The notes under the pieces are model-generated. The model was not told where the DNA came from. It searched no databases and worked only from the letters and a program-made list of their open reading frames with translations. Of a stretch of 64,000 nt of DNA, positions 12,401-27,400 are shown piece by piece (position 1 is the stretch's first letter; each line of letters begins with the position of its first letter). The DNA lies in NCBI GenBank assembly GCA_032718475.1, contig JAUCBJ010008363.1, positions 293,056 to 357,055 of the forward strand, given 5' to 3'. Made by a program: the position numbers and the translations under genes. This DNA is from Nemertoderma westbladi. Lineage: Eukaryota > Animalia > Xenacoelomorpha.

Positions 12401-15400
12401 ATTTTGATTGCGTCGGAACACCCCGTTTTTGAGGCTCTCAGAGTGGATAGATAAGTATAGCCTTTTTCCCTGTTAATATTGTTGTGTTGTACAATATTTA
12501 TTATAGTTTCATCGTATTGCCAAAGCGGCTGGAATCGAAGTTAATATGTGATACAATAATTCACCTCAAATTTCTTAGCTATTTCATGAATATAATGAGT
12601 ATTAAAGCCATGTCAAAATACTTGGGGTTTTTCAGCAATAATTTATCAAAATATCCTCAGATTTTTTACAAAAAACGACATCGATTTTCATATTTATAAC
12701 TTCTATCCCACTCCACGAGATAGAGAATCTTAAACGAAAGTCAAAAGAACAGGTAACACTTACATTTATAGAAGTAATCAGCTTTTATTTGCTTCGTCTT
12801 TCCCCTGGAGATGGTTAAATTTTAATTGTGTCAAAACACCCCTCCCTATCTGTGGCTGTCTGAGTGGAGAGATAAGTAGCCTATCTCCCTGTTAATCTTG
12901 TTGTGTTCTAGAATATTTATTATAGTTTCATCGTATTGCCAAAGCGGCTGGAGCCAAGGTTAATATGTAATGCAATAATTCACCTCAAATATCTTAGCTA
13001 TTTCATGAATATAATGAGTATTAAATCCTTGTCAAAATTCTTGGTGTTTTCAGCAATAATTTATTAAAATATCCTCAGATTTTTTACTAAAAACGACATT
13101 GATTTTCATATTTATAACTTCTAACCCACTCCACGAGATATAGAATCTTAAACGAAAGTCATAAGAACAGGTAACACTTTCATTTATAGAAGTAATCAGC
13201 TGTTATTTGCTTCGTCTTTCCCCATGAGATGGATGAATTTTGATTGCGTCGGAACACCCCCTTTCTGAGGCTCTCAGAGTGGAGAGATAAGTAGCCTATC
13301 TCCCTGTTAATATTGTTGTGTTCTAGAATTTTTATTAGAGTTTCATCGTATTGCCAAAGCGGCTGGAGCCAAAGTTAATATGTAATGCAATAATTCACCT
13401 CAAATTTCTCAGCTATTTCATTAATATAATGAGTATTAAATCCTTGTCAAAATCCTTGGTGTCTTTCAGCAATAATTTATTAAAATCTCCTTTGATTTTT
13501 TACAAAAAACGACATCGATTTTGATATTCATGACTTCTAACCCACTCCAAGAGATAGACAATCTTAAACGAAAGTCGAAAGAACAGGTAACTCTTACATT
13601 TATAGAAGTAATTAGCTATTCTTTGCTTCGCCTTTCCTCTGGAGATAATGAATTTTGATTCCGTCGGAACACCCCCTTTTTGAGGCTCTAAGAGTGAAGA
13701 GATAAGTAGCCTATCTCCCTGTTAATATTGTTGTGTTCTAGAATATTTATTATAGTTTCATCGTATTGCCAAAGCGGCTGGAGCCGAAGTTATTATGTGA
13801 TACAATAATTCACCTCAAATTTCTCAGCTATTTCATGAATATAATGAGTATTAAAGCCATGTCAAAATCCTTGGGGTTTTTCAGCAATAATTTATCAAAA
13901 TATCCTCAGATTTTTTACAAAAAACGACATCGATTTTCATATTTATAACTTCTAACCCACTCCACGAGATAGAGAATCTTAAACGAAAGTCAAAAGAACA
14001 GGTAACACTTACATTTATAGAAGTAATCAGCTTTTATTTGCTTCGTCTTTCCCCTGGAGATGGTTAAATTTTAATTGTGTCAAAACACCCCTCCCTATCT
14101 GTGGCTGTCTGAGTGGAGAGATAAGTAGCCTATCTCCCTGTTAATCCTGTTGTGTTCTAGAATATTTATTATAGTTTCATCGTATTGCCAAAGCGGCTGG
14201 AGCCAAGGTTAATATGTAATGCAATAATTCACCTCAAATATCTTAGCTATTTCATGAATATAATGAGTATTAAATCCTTGTCAAAATTCTTGGTGTTTTC
14301 AGCAATAATTTATTAAAATATCCTCAGATTTTTTACTAAAAACGACATTGATTTTCATATTTATAACTTCTAACCCACTCCACGAGATAGAGAATCTTAA
14401 ACGAAAGTCATAAGAACAGGTAACACTTACATTTATAGAAGTAATCAGCTGTTATTTGCTTCGTCTTTCCCCATGAGATGGATGAATTTTGATTGCGTCG
14501 GAACACCCCCTTTCTGAGGCTCTCAGAGTGGAGAGATAAGTAGCCTACCTCCCTGTTAATATTGTTGTGTTCTAGAATTTTTATTATAGTTTTATCGTAT
14601 TGCCAAAGCGGCTGGAGCCGAAATTAATATGTAATGCAATAATTCACCTCAAATTTCTCAGCTATTTCTTGAATATAATGAGTATTAAAGCCATGTCAAA
14701 ATCCTTGGGGTTTTTCAGCAATAATTTATCAAAATATCCTCAGATTTTTTACAAAAAACGACATCGATTTTCATATTTATAACTTCTAACCCACTCCAAG
14801 AGATAGAGAATCTTAAACGAAAGTCATAAGAATAGGTAACACTTACATTTATAGAAGTAATCCGCTGTTATTTGCTTCGTCTTTCCCCAGGAGATGGATG
14901 AATTTTGATTGCGTCGGAACACCCCCTTTTTGAGGCTCTCAGAGTGGACAGATAAGTAGCCTATTTCCCTGTTAATATTGTTCTGTTGTAGAATATTTAT
15001 TATAGTTTCATCGTATTGCTAATGTGGCTGGAGTTAAAGTTATTATGTAATGCAATAATTCACCTCAAATATCTCAGTTTTTTCATGAACATAATGAAGT
15101 ATTAAAGCCATGTCAAAATCTTCGGGGTTTTTCAGCAATAATTTATCAAAATATCCTCAGATTTTTTACAAAAAACGACATCGAGTTTCATATTTATAAC
15201 TTCTAACCCACTCCAAGAGATAGAGAATCTTAAACGAAAGTCATAAGAATAGGTAACACTTTCATTTATAGAAGTAATCAGCTGTTATTTGCTTCGTCTT
15301 TCCCCAGGAGATGGATGAATTTTGATTGCGTCGGAACACCCCTTTCTGAGGCTCTCAGAGTGGAGAGAAAAGTAGCCTATCTCCCTGTTAATATTGTTGT

Positions 15401-18400
15401 GTTCTTGAATATTTATTATAGTTTCATCGTATTGCCAAAGCGGCTGGAATCGAAGTTAATATGTGATACAATAATTCACCTCAAATTTCTTAGCTATTTC
15501 ATGAATATAATGAGTATTAAAGCCATGTCAAAATCCTTGGGGTTTTTCAGCAATAATTTATCAAAATATCCTCAGATTTTTTACAAAAAACGACATCGAT
15601 TTTCATATTTATAACTTCTATCCCACTCCACGAGATAGAGAATCTTAAACGAAAGTCAAAAGAACAGGTAACACTTACATTTATAGAAGTAATCAGCTTT
15701 TATTTGCTTCGTCTTTCCCCTGGAGATGGTTAAATTTTAATTGTGTCAAAACACCCCTCCCTATCTGTGGCTGTCTGAGTGGAGAGATAAGTAGCCTATC
15801 TCCCTGTTAATCCTGTTGTGTTCTAGAATATTTATTATAGTTTCATCGTATTGCCAAAGCGGCTGGAGCCAAGGTTAATATGTAATGCAATAATTCACCT
15901 CAAATATCTTAGCTATTTCATGAATATAATGAGTATTAAATCCTTGTCAAAATTCTTGGTGTTTTCAGCAATAATTTATTAAAATATCCTCAGATTTTTT
16001 ACTAAAAACGACATTGATTTTCATATTTATAACTTCTAACCCACTCCACGAGATAGAGAATCTTAAACGAAAGTCATAAGAACAGGTAACACTTTCATTT
16101 ATAGAAGTAATCAGCTGTTATTTGCTTCGTCTTTCCCCAGGAGATGGATGAATTTTGATTGCGTCGGAACACCCCTTTCTGAGGCTCTCAGAGTGGAGAG
16201 AAAAGTAGCCTATCTCCCTGTTAATATTGTTGTGTTCTTGAATATTTATTATAGTTTCATCGTATTGCCAAAGCGGCTGGAATCGAAGTTAATATGTGAT
16301 ACAATAATTCACCTCAAATTTCTTAGCTATTTCATGAATATAATGAGTATTAAAGCCATGTCAAAATCCTTGGGGTTTTTCAGCAATAATTTATCAAAAT
16401 ATCCTCAGATTTTTTACAAAAAACGACATCGATTTTCATATTTATAACTTCTATCCCACTCCACGAGATAGAGAATCTTAAACGAAAGTCAAAAGAACAG
16501 GTAACACTTACATTTATAGAAGTAATCAGCTTTTATTTGCTTCGTCTTTCCCCTGGAGATGGTTAAATTTTAATTGTGTCAAAACACCCCTCCCTATCTG
16601 TGGCTGTCTGAGTGGAGAGATAAGTAGCCTATCTCCCTGTTAATCCTGTTGTGTTCTAGAATATTTATTATAGTTTCATCGTATTGCCAAAGCGGCTGGA
16701 GCCAAGGTTAATATGTAATGCAATAATTCACCTCAAATATCTTAGCTATTTCATGAATATAATGAGTATTAAATCCTTGTCAAAATTCTTGGTGTTTTCA
16801 GCAATAATTTATTAAAATATCCTCAGATTTTTTACTAAAAACGACATTGATTTTCATATTTATAACTTCTAACCCACTCCACGAGATAGAGAATCTTAAA
16901 CGAAAGTCATAAGAACAGGTAACACTTTCATTTATAGAAGTAATCAGCTGTTATTTGCTTCGTCTTTCCCCATGAGATGGATGAATTTTGATTGCGTCGG
17001 AACACCCCCTTTCTGAGGCTCTCAGAGTGGAGAGATAAGTAGCCTATCTCCCTGTTAATATTGTTGTGTTCTAGAATTTTTATTATAGTTTTATCGTATT
17101 GCCAAAGCGGCTGGAGCCGAAATTAATATGTAATGCAATAATTCACCTCAAATTTCTCAGCTATTTCTTGAATATAATGAGTATTAAAGCCATGTCAAAA
17201 TCCTTGGGGTTTTTCAGCAATAATTTATCAAAATATCCTCAGATTTTTTACAAAAAACGACATCGATTTTCATATTTATAACTTCTAACCCACTCCAAGA
17301 GATAGAGAATCTTAAACGAAAGTCAAAAGAGCAGGTAACACTTACATTTATAGAAGTAATCCGCTGTTATTTGCTTCGTCTTTCCCCAGGAGATGGATGA
17401 ATTTTGATTGCGTCGGAACACCCCCTTTTTGAGGCTCTCAGAGTGGACAGATAAGTAGCCTATTTCCCTGTTAATATTGTTCTGTTGTAGAATATTTATT
17501 ATAGTTTCATCGTATTGCTAATGTGGCTGGAGTTAAAGTTATTATGTAATGCAATAATTCACCTCAAATATCTCAGTTTTTTCATGAACATAATGAAGTA
17601 TTAAAGCCATGTCAAAATCTTCGGGGTTTTTCAGCAATAATTTATCAAAATATCCTCAGATTTTTTACAAAAAACGACATCGAGTTTCATATTTATAACT
17701 TCTAACCCACTCCAAGAGATAGAGAATCTTAAACGAAAGTCATAAGAATAGGTAACACTTTCATTTATAGAAGTAATCCGCTGTTATTTGCTTCGTCTTT
17801 CCCCAGGAGATGGATGAATTTTGATTGCGTCGGAACACCCCTTTCTGAGGCTCTCAGAGTGGAGAGAAATGTAGCCTATCTCCCTGTTAATATTGTTGTG
17901 TTCTTGAATATTTATTATAGTTTCATCGTATTGCCAAAGCGGCTGGAATCGAAGTTAATATGTGATACAATAATTCACCTCAAATTTCTTAGCTATTTCA
18001 TGAATATAATGAGTATTAAAGCCATGTCAAAATCCTTGGGGTTTTTCAGCAATAATTTATCAAAATATCCTCAGATTTTTTACAAAAAACGACATCGATT
18101 TTCATATTTATAACTTCTATCCCACTCCACGAGATAGAGAATCTTAAACGAAAGTCAAAAGAACAGGTAACACTTACATTTATAGAAGTAATCAGCTTTT
18201 ATTTGCTTCGTCTTTCCCCTGGAGATGGTTAAATTTTAATTGTGTCAAAACACCCCTCCCTATCTGTGGCTGTCTGAGTGGAGAGATAAGTAGCCTATCT
18301 CCCTGTTAATCCTGTTGTGTTCTAGAATATTTATTATAGTTTCATCGTATTGCCAAAGCGGCTGGAGCCAAGGTTAATATGTAATGCAATAATTCACCTC

Positions 18401-21400
18401 AAATATCTTAGCTATTTCATGAATATAATGAGTATTAAATCCTTGTCAAAATTCTTGGTGTTTTCAGCAATAATTTATTAAAATATCCTCAGATTTTTTA
18501 CTAAAAACGACATTGATTTTCATATTTATAACTTCTAACCCACTCCACGAGATAGAGAATCTTAAACGAAAGTCATAAGAACAGGTAACACTTTCATTTA
18601 TAGAAGTAATCAGCTGTTATTTGCTTCGTCTTTCCCCATGAGATGGATGAATTTTGATTGCGTCGGAACACCCCCTTTCTGAGGCTCTCAGAGTGGAGAG
18701 ATAAGTAGCCTATCTCCCTGTTAATATTGTTGTGTTCTAGAATTTTTATTATAGTTTTATCGTATTGCCAAAGCGGCTGGAGCCGAAATTAATATGTAAT
18801 GCAATAATTCACCTCAAATTTCTCAGCTATTTCTTGAATATAATGAGTATTAAAGCCATGTCAAAATCCTTGGGGTTTTTCAGCAATAATTTATCAAAAT
18901 ATCCTCAGATTTTTTACAAAAAACGACATCGATTTTCATATTTATAACTTCTAACCCACTCCAAGAGATAGAGAATCTTAAACGAAAGTCAAAAGAGCAG
19001 GTAACACTTACATTTATAGAAGTAATCCGCTGTTATTTGCTTCGTCTTTCCCCAGGAGATGGATGAATTTTGATTGCGTCGGAACACCCCCTTTTTGAGG
19101 CTCTCAGAGTGGACAGATAAGTAGCCTATTTCCCTGTTAATATTGTTCTGTTGTAGAATATTTATTATAGTTTCATCGTATTGCTAATGTGGCTGGAGTT
19201 AAAGTTATTATGTAATGCAATAATTCACCTCAAATATCTCAGTTTTTTCATGAACATAATGAAGTATTAAAGCCATGTCAAAATCTTCGGGGTTTTTCAG
19301 CAATAATTTATCAAAATATCCTCAGATTTTTTACAAAAAACGACATCGAGTTTCATATTTATAACTTCTAACCCACTCCAAGAGATAGAGAATCTTAAAC
19401 GAAAGTCATAAGAATAGGTAACACTTACATTTATAGAAGTAATCCGCTGTTATTTGCTTCGTCTTTCCCCAGGAGATGGATGAATTTTGATTGCGTCGGA
19501 ACACCCCTTTCTGAGGCTCTCAGAGTGGAGAGAAAAGTAGCCTATCTCCCTGTTAATATTGTTGTGTTCTTGAATATTTATTATAGTTTCATCGTATTGC
19601 CAAAGCGGCTGGAGCCGAAATTAATATGTAATGCAATAATTCACCTCAAATTTCTCAGCTATTTCATGAATATAATGAGTATTAAATCCTTGTCAAAATC
19701 CTTGGTGTTTTTCAGCAATAATTTATCAAAATATCCTCTGATTTTTTTCAAAAACCACATCGATTTTGATATTTATAACTTCTAACCCACTCCTCAAGAT
19801 AGAGAATCTTAAACGAAAGTCATAAGAACAGGTAACACTTTCATTTATAGAAGTAATCAGCTGTTATTTGCTTTGTCTTTCCCCAGGAAATGGATGAAAT
19901 TTGATTGCGTCGGAACACCCCCTTTCTGAGGCTCTCAGAGTGGAGAGAAAAGTAGCCTATCTTCCTGTAAATATTGTTGTGTTCTAGAATATTTATTATA
20001 GTTTCATCGTATTGCCAAAGCGGCTGGAGCCGAAGTTAATATGTGATACAATAACTTACCTCAAATTTATCAGCTATTTCATGAATATAATGAGTATTAA
20101 ATCCTTGTCAAAATCCTTGGTGTTTTCAGCAATGATTTATTAAAATATCCTCAGATTTTTAACAAAAAACAACATCGGTTTTCATATTCATGACTTCTAT
20201 CCCAGTCCACAAGATGAAGAATCTTAAACGAAAGTCAAAAAACAGGTAACACTTAAATTTATAGAAGTAATCAGCTGTTATTTGCTTCGTCTTTCCCCTG
20301 GAGATGTTTAAATTTTGATTGTGTCAAAACACCCCTCCCTATCTGTGGCTGTCTGAGTGGAGAGATAAGTAGCCTATCTCCCTGTTAATCTTGTTGTGTT
20401 CTAGAATATTTATTATAGTTTCATCGTATTGCCAAAGCGGCTGGAGCCAAGGTTAATATGTAATGCAATAATTTACCTCAAATATCTCAGCTATTTCATG
20501 AATATAATGAAGTATTTAAGCCATGTCAAAATCTTCGGGGTTTTTCAGCAATAATTTATCAAAATATCCTCAGATTTTTTACAAAAAACGACATCGATTT
20601 TCATATTTATAACTTCTAACCCACTCCAAGAGATAGAGAATCTTAAACGAAAGTCATAAGAACAGGTAACACTTACATTTATAGAAGTAATCCGCTGTTA
20701 TTTGCTTTGTCTTTTCCCAGGAGATGGATGAATTTTGATTGCGTCGAAACACCCCCTTTCCGAGGCTCTCAGAGTGGAGAGAAAAGTAGCCTATCTCCCT
20801 GTTAATATTGTTGTGTTCTAGAATATTTATTATAGTTTCATCGTATTGAGAAAGCGGCTGGAACCGAAATTAATATGTAATGCAATAATTCACCTCAAAT
20901 TTCTCAGCTATTTCATGAATATAATGAGTATTAAATCCTTGTCAAAATCCTTGGTGTTTTTCAGCAATAATTTATTAAAATCTCCTTTTATTTTTTACAA
21001 AAAACGACATCGATTTTCATATTCATGACTTCTAACCCACTCCAAGAGATAGACAATCTTAAACGAAAGTCAAAAGAGCAGGTAACACTTACATTTATAG
21101 AAGTAATCAGCTCTATTCTTTGCTTCGCCTTTCCCCTGGAGATGGATGAATTTTTATTGCGTCGGAACACCCCGTTTTTGAGGCTCTCAGAGTGGACAGA
21201 TAAGTATAGCCTTTTTCCCTGTTAATATTGTTCTGCTGTAGAATATTTATTATAGTTTCATCGTATTGCCAAAGCGGCTGGAGCCAAAGTTAATATGTGA
21301 TGCAATAATTCACCTCAAATTTCTGCTATTTCATTAATGTAATGAGTATTAAATCCTTGTCAAAATCCTTGGTGTTTTTCAGCAATAATTTATTAAAATT

Positions 21401-24400
21401 TCCTTTGATTTTTTACAAAAAACGACATCGATTTTGATATTCATGACTTCTAACCCACTCCAAGAGATAGACAATCTTAAACGAAAGTCAAAAGAACAGG
21501 TAACACTTACATTTATAGAAGTAATCAGCTATTCTTTGCTTTGCCTTTCTGGAGATGGATTAATTTTGATTCCGACGGAACACCCCCTTTTTGAGGCTCT
21601 AAGAGTGAAGAGATAAGTAGACTATTTCCCTGCTAATAGTGTTCTGTTGTAGAATATTTACTATAGTTTTATCGTATTGCCAAAGCGGCTGGAGCCGAAG
21701 TTAATATGTGATACAATAACTTACCTCAAATTTATCAGCTATTTCATGAATATAATGAGTATTAAATCCTTGTCAAAATCCTTGGTGTTTTCAGCAATAA
21801 TTTATTAAAATATCCTCAGATTTTTTACAAAAAACGACATCGATTTTCATATTCATGACTTCTAACCCACTCCAAGAGATAGACAATCTTAAACGAAAGT
21901 CAAAAGAACAGGTAACACTTACATTTATAGAAGTAATCAGCTGTTCTTTGCTTCGTCTTTCCCCAGGAGATGGATGAATTTTGATTGTGTCAGAACACCC
22001 CCTTTTTGAGGCTCTCAGAGTGAAGAGAAAAGTAGCCTATCTCCCTGTTAATATTGTTGTGTTCTAGAATATTTATTATAGTTTCATCGTATTGCCAAAG
22101 CGGCTGGAGCCGAAGTTAATATGTGATACAATAATTCACCTCAAATTTCTCAGCTATTTCATGAATATAATGAGTATTAAAGCCATGTCAAAATCTTGGA
22201 GGTTTTTCAGCAATAATTTATCAAAATATCCTCTGATTTTTTTCAAAAACCACATCGATTTTGATATTTATAACTTCTAACCCACTCCACGAGATAGAGA
22301 ATCTTAAACGAATGTCATAAGAACAGGTAACACTTTCATTTATAGAAGTAATCAGCTATTCTTTGCTTCGCCTTTCCCCTGGAGATGGATGAATTTTGAT
22401 AGCGTCGGAACACCCCGTTTTTGAGGCTCTCAGAGTGGACAGATAAGTATAGCCTTTTTCCCTGTTAATATTGTTGTGTTGTACAATATTTATTATAGTT
22501 TCATCGTATTGCCAAAGCGGCTGGAATCGAAGTTAATATGTGATACAATAATTCACCTCAAATTTCTTAGCTATTTCATGAATATAATGAGTATTAAAGC
22601 CATGTCAAAATGCTTGGGGTTTTTCAGCAATAATTTATCAAAATATCCTCAGATTTTTTACAAAAAACGACATCGATTTTTATATTTATAACTTCTATCC
22701 CACTCCACGAGATAGAGAATCTTAAACGAAAGTCAAAAGAACAGGTAACACTTACATTTATAGAAGTAATCAGCTTTTATTTGCTTCGTCTTTCCCCTGG
22801 AGATGGTTAAATTTTAATTGTGTCAAAACACCCCTCCCTATCTGTGGCTGTCTGAGTGGAGAGATAAGTAGCCTATCTCCATGTTAATCTTGTTGTGTTC
22901 TAGAATATTTATTATAGTTTCATCGTATTGCCAAAGCGGCTGGAATCGAAGTTAATATGTGATACAATAATTCACCTCAAATTTCTTAGCTATTTCATGA
23001 ATATAATGAGTATTAAATCCTTGTCAAAATTCTTGGTGTTTTCAGTAATAATTTATTAAAATATCCTCAGATTTTTTACTAAAAACGACATTGATTTTCA
23101 TATTTATAACTTCTAACCCACTCCACGAGATAGAGAATCTTAAACGAAAGTCATAAGAACAGGTAACACTTTCATTTATAGAAGTAATCAGCTGTTATTT
23201 GCTTCGTCTTTCCCCATGAGATGGATGAATTTTGATTGCGTCGGAACACCCCCTTTCTGAGGCTCTCAGAGTGGAAAGATAAGTAGCCTATCTCCCTGTT
23301 AATATTGTTGTGTTCTAGAATTTTTATTAGAGTTTCATCGTATTGCCAAAGCGGCTGGAGCCAAAGTTAATATGTAATGCAATAATTCACCTCAAATTTC
23401 TCAGCTATTTCATTAATATAATGAGTATTAAATCCTTGTCAAAATCCTTGGTGTCTTTCAGCAATAATTTATTAAAATCTCCTTTGATTTTTTACAAAAA
23501 ACGACATCGATTTTGATATTCATGACTTCTAACCCACTCCAAGAGATAGACAATCTTAAACGAAAGTCGAAAGAACAGGTAACTCTTACATTTATAGAAG
23601 TAATTAGCTATTCTTTGCTTCGCCTTTCCCCTGGAGATGGTTAAATTTTAATTGTGTCAAAACACCCCTCCCTATCTGTGGCTGTCTGAGTGGAGAGATA
23701 AGTAGCCTATCTCCATGTTAATCTTGTTGTGTTCTAGAATATTTATTATAGTTTCATCGTATTGCCAAAGCGGCTGGAATCGAAGTTAATATGTGATACA
23801 ATAATTCACCTCAAATTTCTTAGCTATTTCATGAATATAATGAGTATTAAATCCTTGTCAAAATTCTTGGTGTTTTCAGCAATAATTTATTAAAATATCC
23901 TCAGATTTTTTACTAAAAACGACATTGATTTTCATATTTATAACTTCTAACCCACTCCACGAGATAGAGAATCTTAAACGAAAGTCATAAGAACAGGTAA
24001 CACTTTCATTTATAGAAGTAATCAGCTGTTATTTGCTTCGTCTTTCCCCATGAGATGGATGAATTTTGATTGCGTCGGAACACCCCCTTTCTGAGGCTCT
24101 CAGAGTGGAGAGATAAGTAGCCTATCTCCCTGTTAATATTGTTGTGTTCTAGAATTTTTATTATAGTTTTATCGTATTGCCAAAGCGGCTGGAGCCGAAA
24201 TTAATATGTAATGCAATAATTCACCTCAAATTTCTCAGCTATTTCTTGAATATAATGAGTATTAAAGCCATGTCAAAATCCTTGGGGTTTTTCAGCAATA
24301 ATTTATCAAAATATCCTCAGATTTTTTACAAAAAACGACATCGATTTTCATATTTATAACTTCTAACCCACTCCAAGAGATAGAGAATCTTAAACGAAAG

Positions 24401-27400
24401 TCAAAAGAGCAGGTAACACTTACATTTATAGAAGTAATCCGCTGTTATTTGCTTCGTCTTTCCCCAGGAGATGGATGAATTTTGATTGCGTCGGAACACC
24501 CCCTTTTTGAGGCTCTCAGAGTGGACAGATAAGTAGCCTATTTCCCTGTTAATATTGTTCTGTTGTAGAATATTTATTATAGTTTCATCGTATTGCTAAT
24601 GTGGCTGGAGTTAAAGTTATTATGTAATGCAATAATTCACCTCAAATATCTCAGTTTTTTCATGAACATAATGAAGTATTAAAGCCATGTCAAAATCTTC
24701 GGGGTTTTTCAGCAATAATTTATCAAAATATCCTCAGATTTTTTACAAAAAACGACATCGAGTTTCATATTTATAACTTCTAACCCACTCCAAGAGATAG
24801 AGAATCTTAAACGAAAGTCATAAGAATAGGTAACACTTTCATTTATAGAAGTAATCCGCTGTTATTTGCTTCGTCTTTCCCCAGGAGATGGATGAATTTT
24901 GATTGCGTCGGAACACCCCTTTCTGAGGCTCTCAGAGTGGAGAGAAAAGTAGCCTATCTCCCTGTTAATATTGTTGTGTTCTTGAATATTTATTATAGTT
25001 TCATCGTATTGCCAAAGCGGCTGGAATCGAAGTTAATATGTGATACAATAATTCACCTCAAATTTCTTAGCTATTTCATGAATATAATGAGTATTAAAGC
25101 CATGTCAAAATCCTTGGGGTTTTTCAGCAATAATTTATCAAAATATCCTCAGATTTTTTACAAAAAACGACATCGATTTTCATATTTATAACTTCTATCC
25201 CACTCCACGAGATAGAGAATCTTAAACGAAAGTCAAAAGAACAGGTAACACTTACATTTATAGAAGTAATCAGCTTTTATTTGCTTCGTCTTTCCCCTGG
25301 AGATGGTTAAATTTTAATTGTGTCAAAACACCCCTCCCTATCTGTGGCTGTCTGAGTGGAGAGATAAGTAGCCTATCTCCCTGTTAATCCTGTTGTGTTC
25401 TAGAATATTTATTATAGTTTCATCGTATTGCCAAAGCGGCTGGAGCCAAGGTTAATATGTAATGCAATAATTCACCTCAAATATCTTAGCTATTTCATGA
25501 ATATAATGAGTATTAAATCCTTGTCAAAATTCTTGGTGTTTTCAGCAATAATTTATTAAAATATCCTCAGATTTTTTACTAAAAACGACATTGATTTTCA
25601 TATTTATAACTTCTAACCCACTCCACGAGATAGAGAATCTTAAACGAAAGTCATAAGAACAGGTAACACTTTCATTTATAGAAGTAATCAGCTGTTATTT
25701 GCTTCGTCTTTCCCCATGAGATGGATGAATTTTGATTGCGTCGGAACACCCCCTTTCTGAGGCTCTCAGAGTGGAGAGATAAGTAGCCTATCTCCCTGTT
25801 AATATTGTTGTGTTCTAGAATTTTTATTATAGTTTTATCGTATTGCCAAAGCGGCTGGAGCCGAAATTAATATGTAATGCAATAATTCACCTCAAATTTC
25901 TCAGCTATTTCTTGAATATAATGAGTATTAAAGCCATGTCAAAATCCTTGGGGTTTTTCAGCAATAATTTATCAAAATATCCTCAGATTTTTTACAAAAA
26001 ACGACATCGATTTTCATATTTATAACTTCTAACCCACTCCAAGAGATAGAGAATCTTAAACGAAAGTCAAAAGAGCAGGTAACACTTACATTTATAGAAG
26101 TAATCCGCTGTTATTTGCTTCGTCTTTCCCCAGGAGATGGATGAATTTTGATTGCGTCGGAACACCCCCTTTTTGAGGCTCTCAGAGTGGACAGATAAGT
26201 AGCCTATTTCCCTGTTAATATTGTTCTGTTGTAGAATATTTATTATAGTTTCATCGTATTGCTAATGTGGCTGGAGTTAAAGTTATTATGTAATGCAATA
26301 ATTCACCTCAAATATCTCAGTTTTTTCATGAACATAATGAAGTATTAAAGCCATGTCAAAATCTTCGGGGTTTTTCAGCAATAATTTATCAAAATATCCT
26401 CAGATTTTTTACAAAAAACGACATCGAGTTTCATATTTATAACTTCTAACCCACTCCAAGAGATAGAGAATCTTAAACGAAAGTCATAAGAATAGGTAAC
26501 ACTTACATTTATAGAAGTAATCCGCTGTTATTTGCTTCGTCTTTCCCCAGGAGATGGATGAATTTTGATTGCGTCGGAACACCCCTTTCTGAGGCTCTCA
26601 GAGTGGAGAGAAAAGTAGCCTATCTCCCTGTTAATATTGTTGTGTTCTTGAATATTTATTATAGTTTCATCGTATTGCCAAAGCGGCTGGAGCCGAAATT
26701 AATATGTAATGCAATAATTCACCTCAAATTTCTCAGCTATTTCATGAATATAATGAGTATTAAATCCTTGTCAAAATCCTTGGTGTTTTTCAGCAATAAT
26801 TTATCAAAATATCCTCTGATTTTTTTCAAAAACCACATCGATTTTGATATTTATAACTTCTAACCCACTCCTCAAGATAGAGAATCTTAAACGAAAGTCA
26901 TAAGAACAGGTAACACTTTCATTTATAGAAGTAATCAGCTGTTATTTGCTTTGTCTTTCCCCAGGAAATGGATGAAATTTGATTGCGTCGGAACACCCCC
27001 TTTCTGAGGCTCTCAGAGTGGAGAGAAAAGTAGCCTATCTTCCTGTAAATATTGTTGTGTTCTAGAATATTTATTATAGTTTCATCGTATTGCCAAAGCG
27101 GCTGGAGCCGAAGTTAATATGTGATACAATAACTTACCTCAAATTTATCAGCTATTTCATGAATATAATGAGTATTAAATCCTTGTCAAAATCCTTGGTG
27201 TTTTCAGCAATGATTTATTAAAATATCCTCAGATTTTTAACAAAAAACAACATCGGTTTTCATATTCATGACTTCTATCCCAGTCCACAAGATGAAGAAT
27301 CTTAAACGAAAGTCAAAAAACAGGTAACACTTAAATTTATAGAAGTAATCAGCTGTTATTTGCTTCGTCTTTCCCCTGGAGATGTTTAAATTTTGATTGT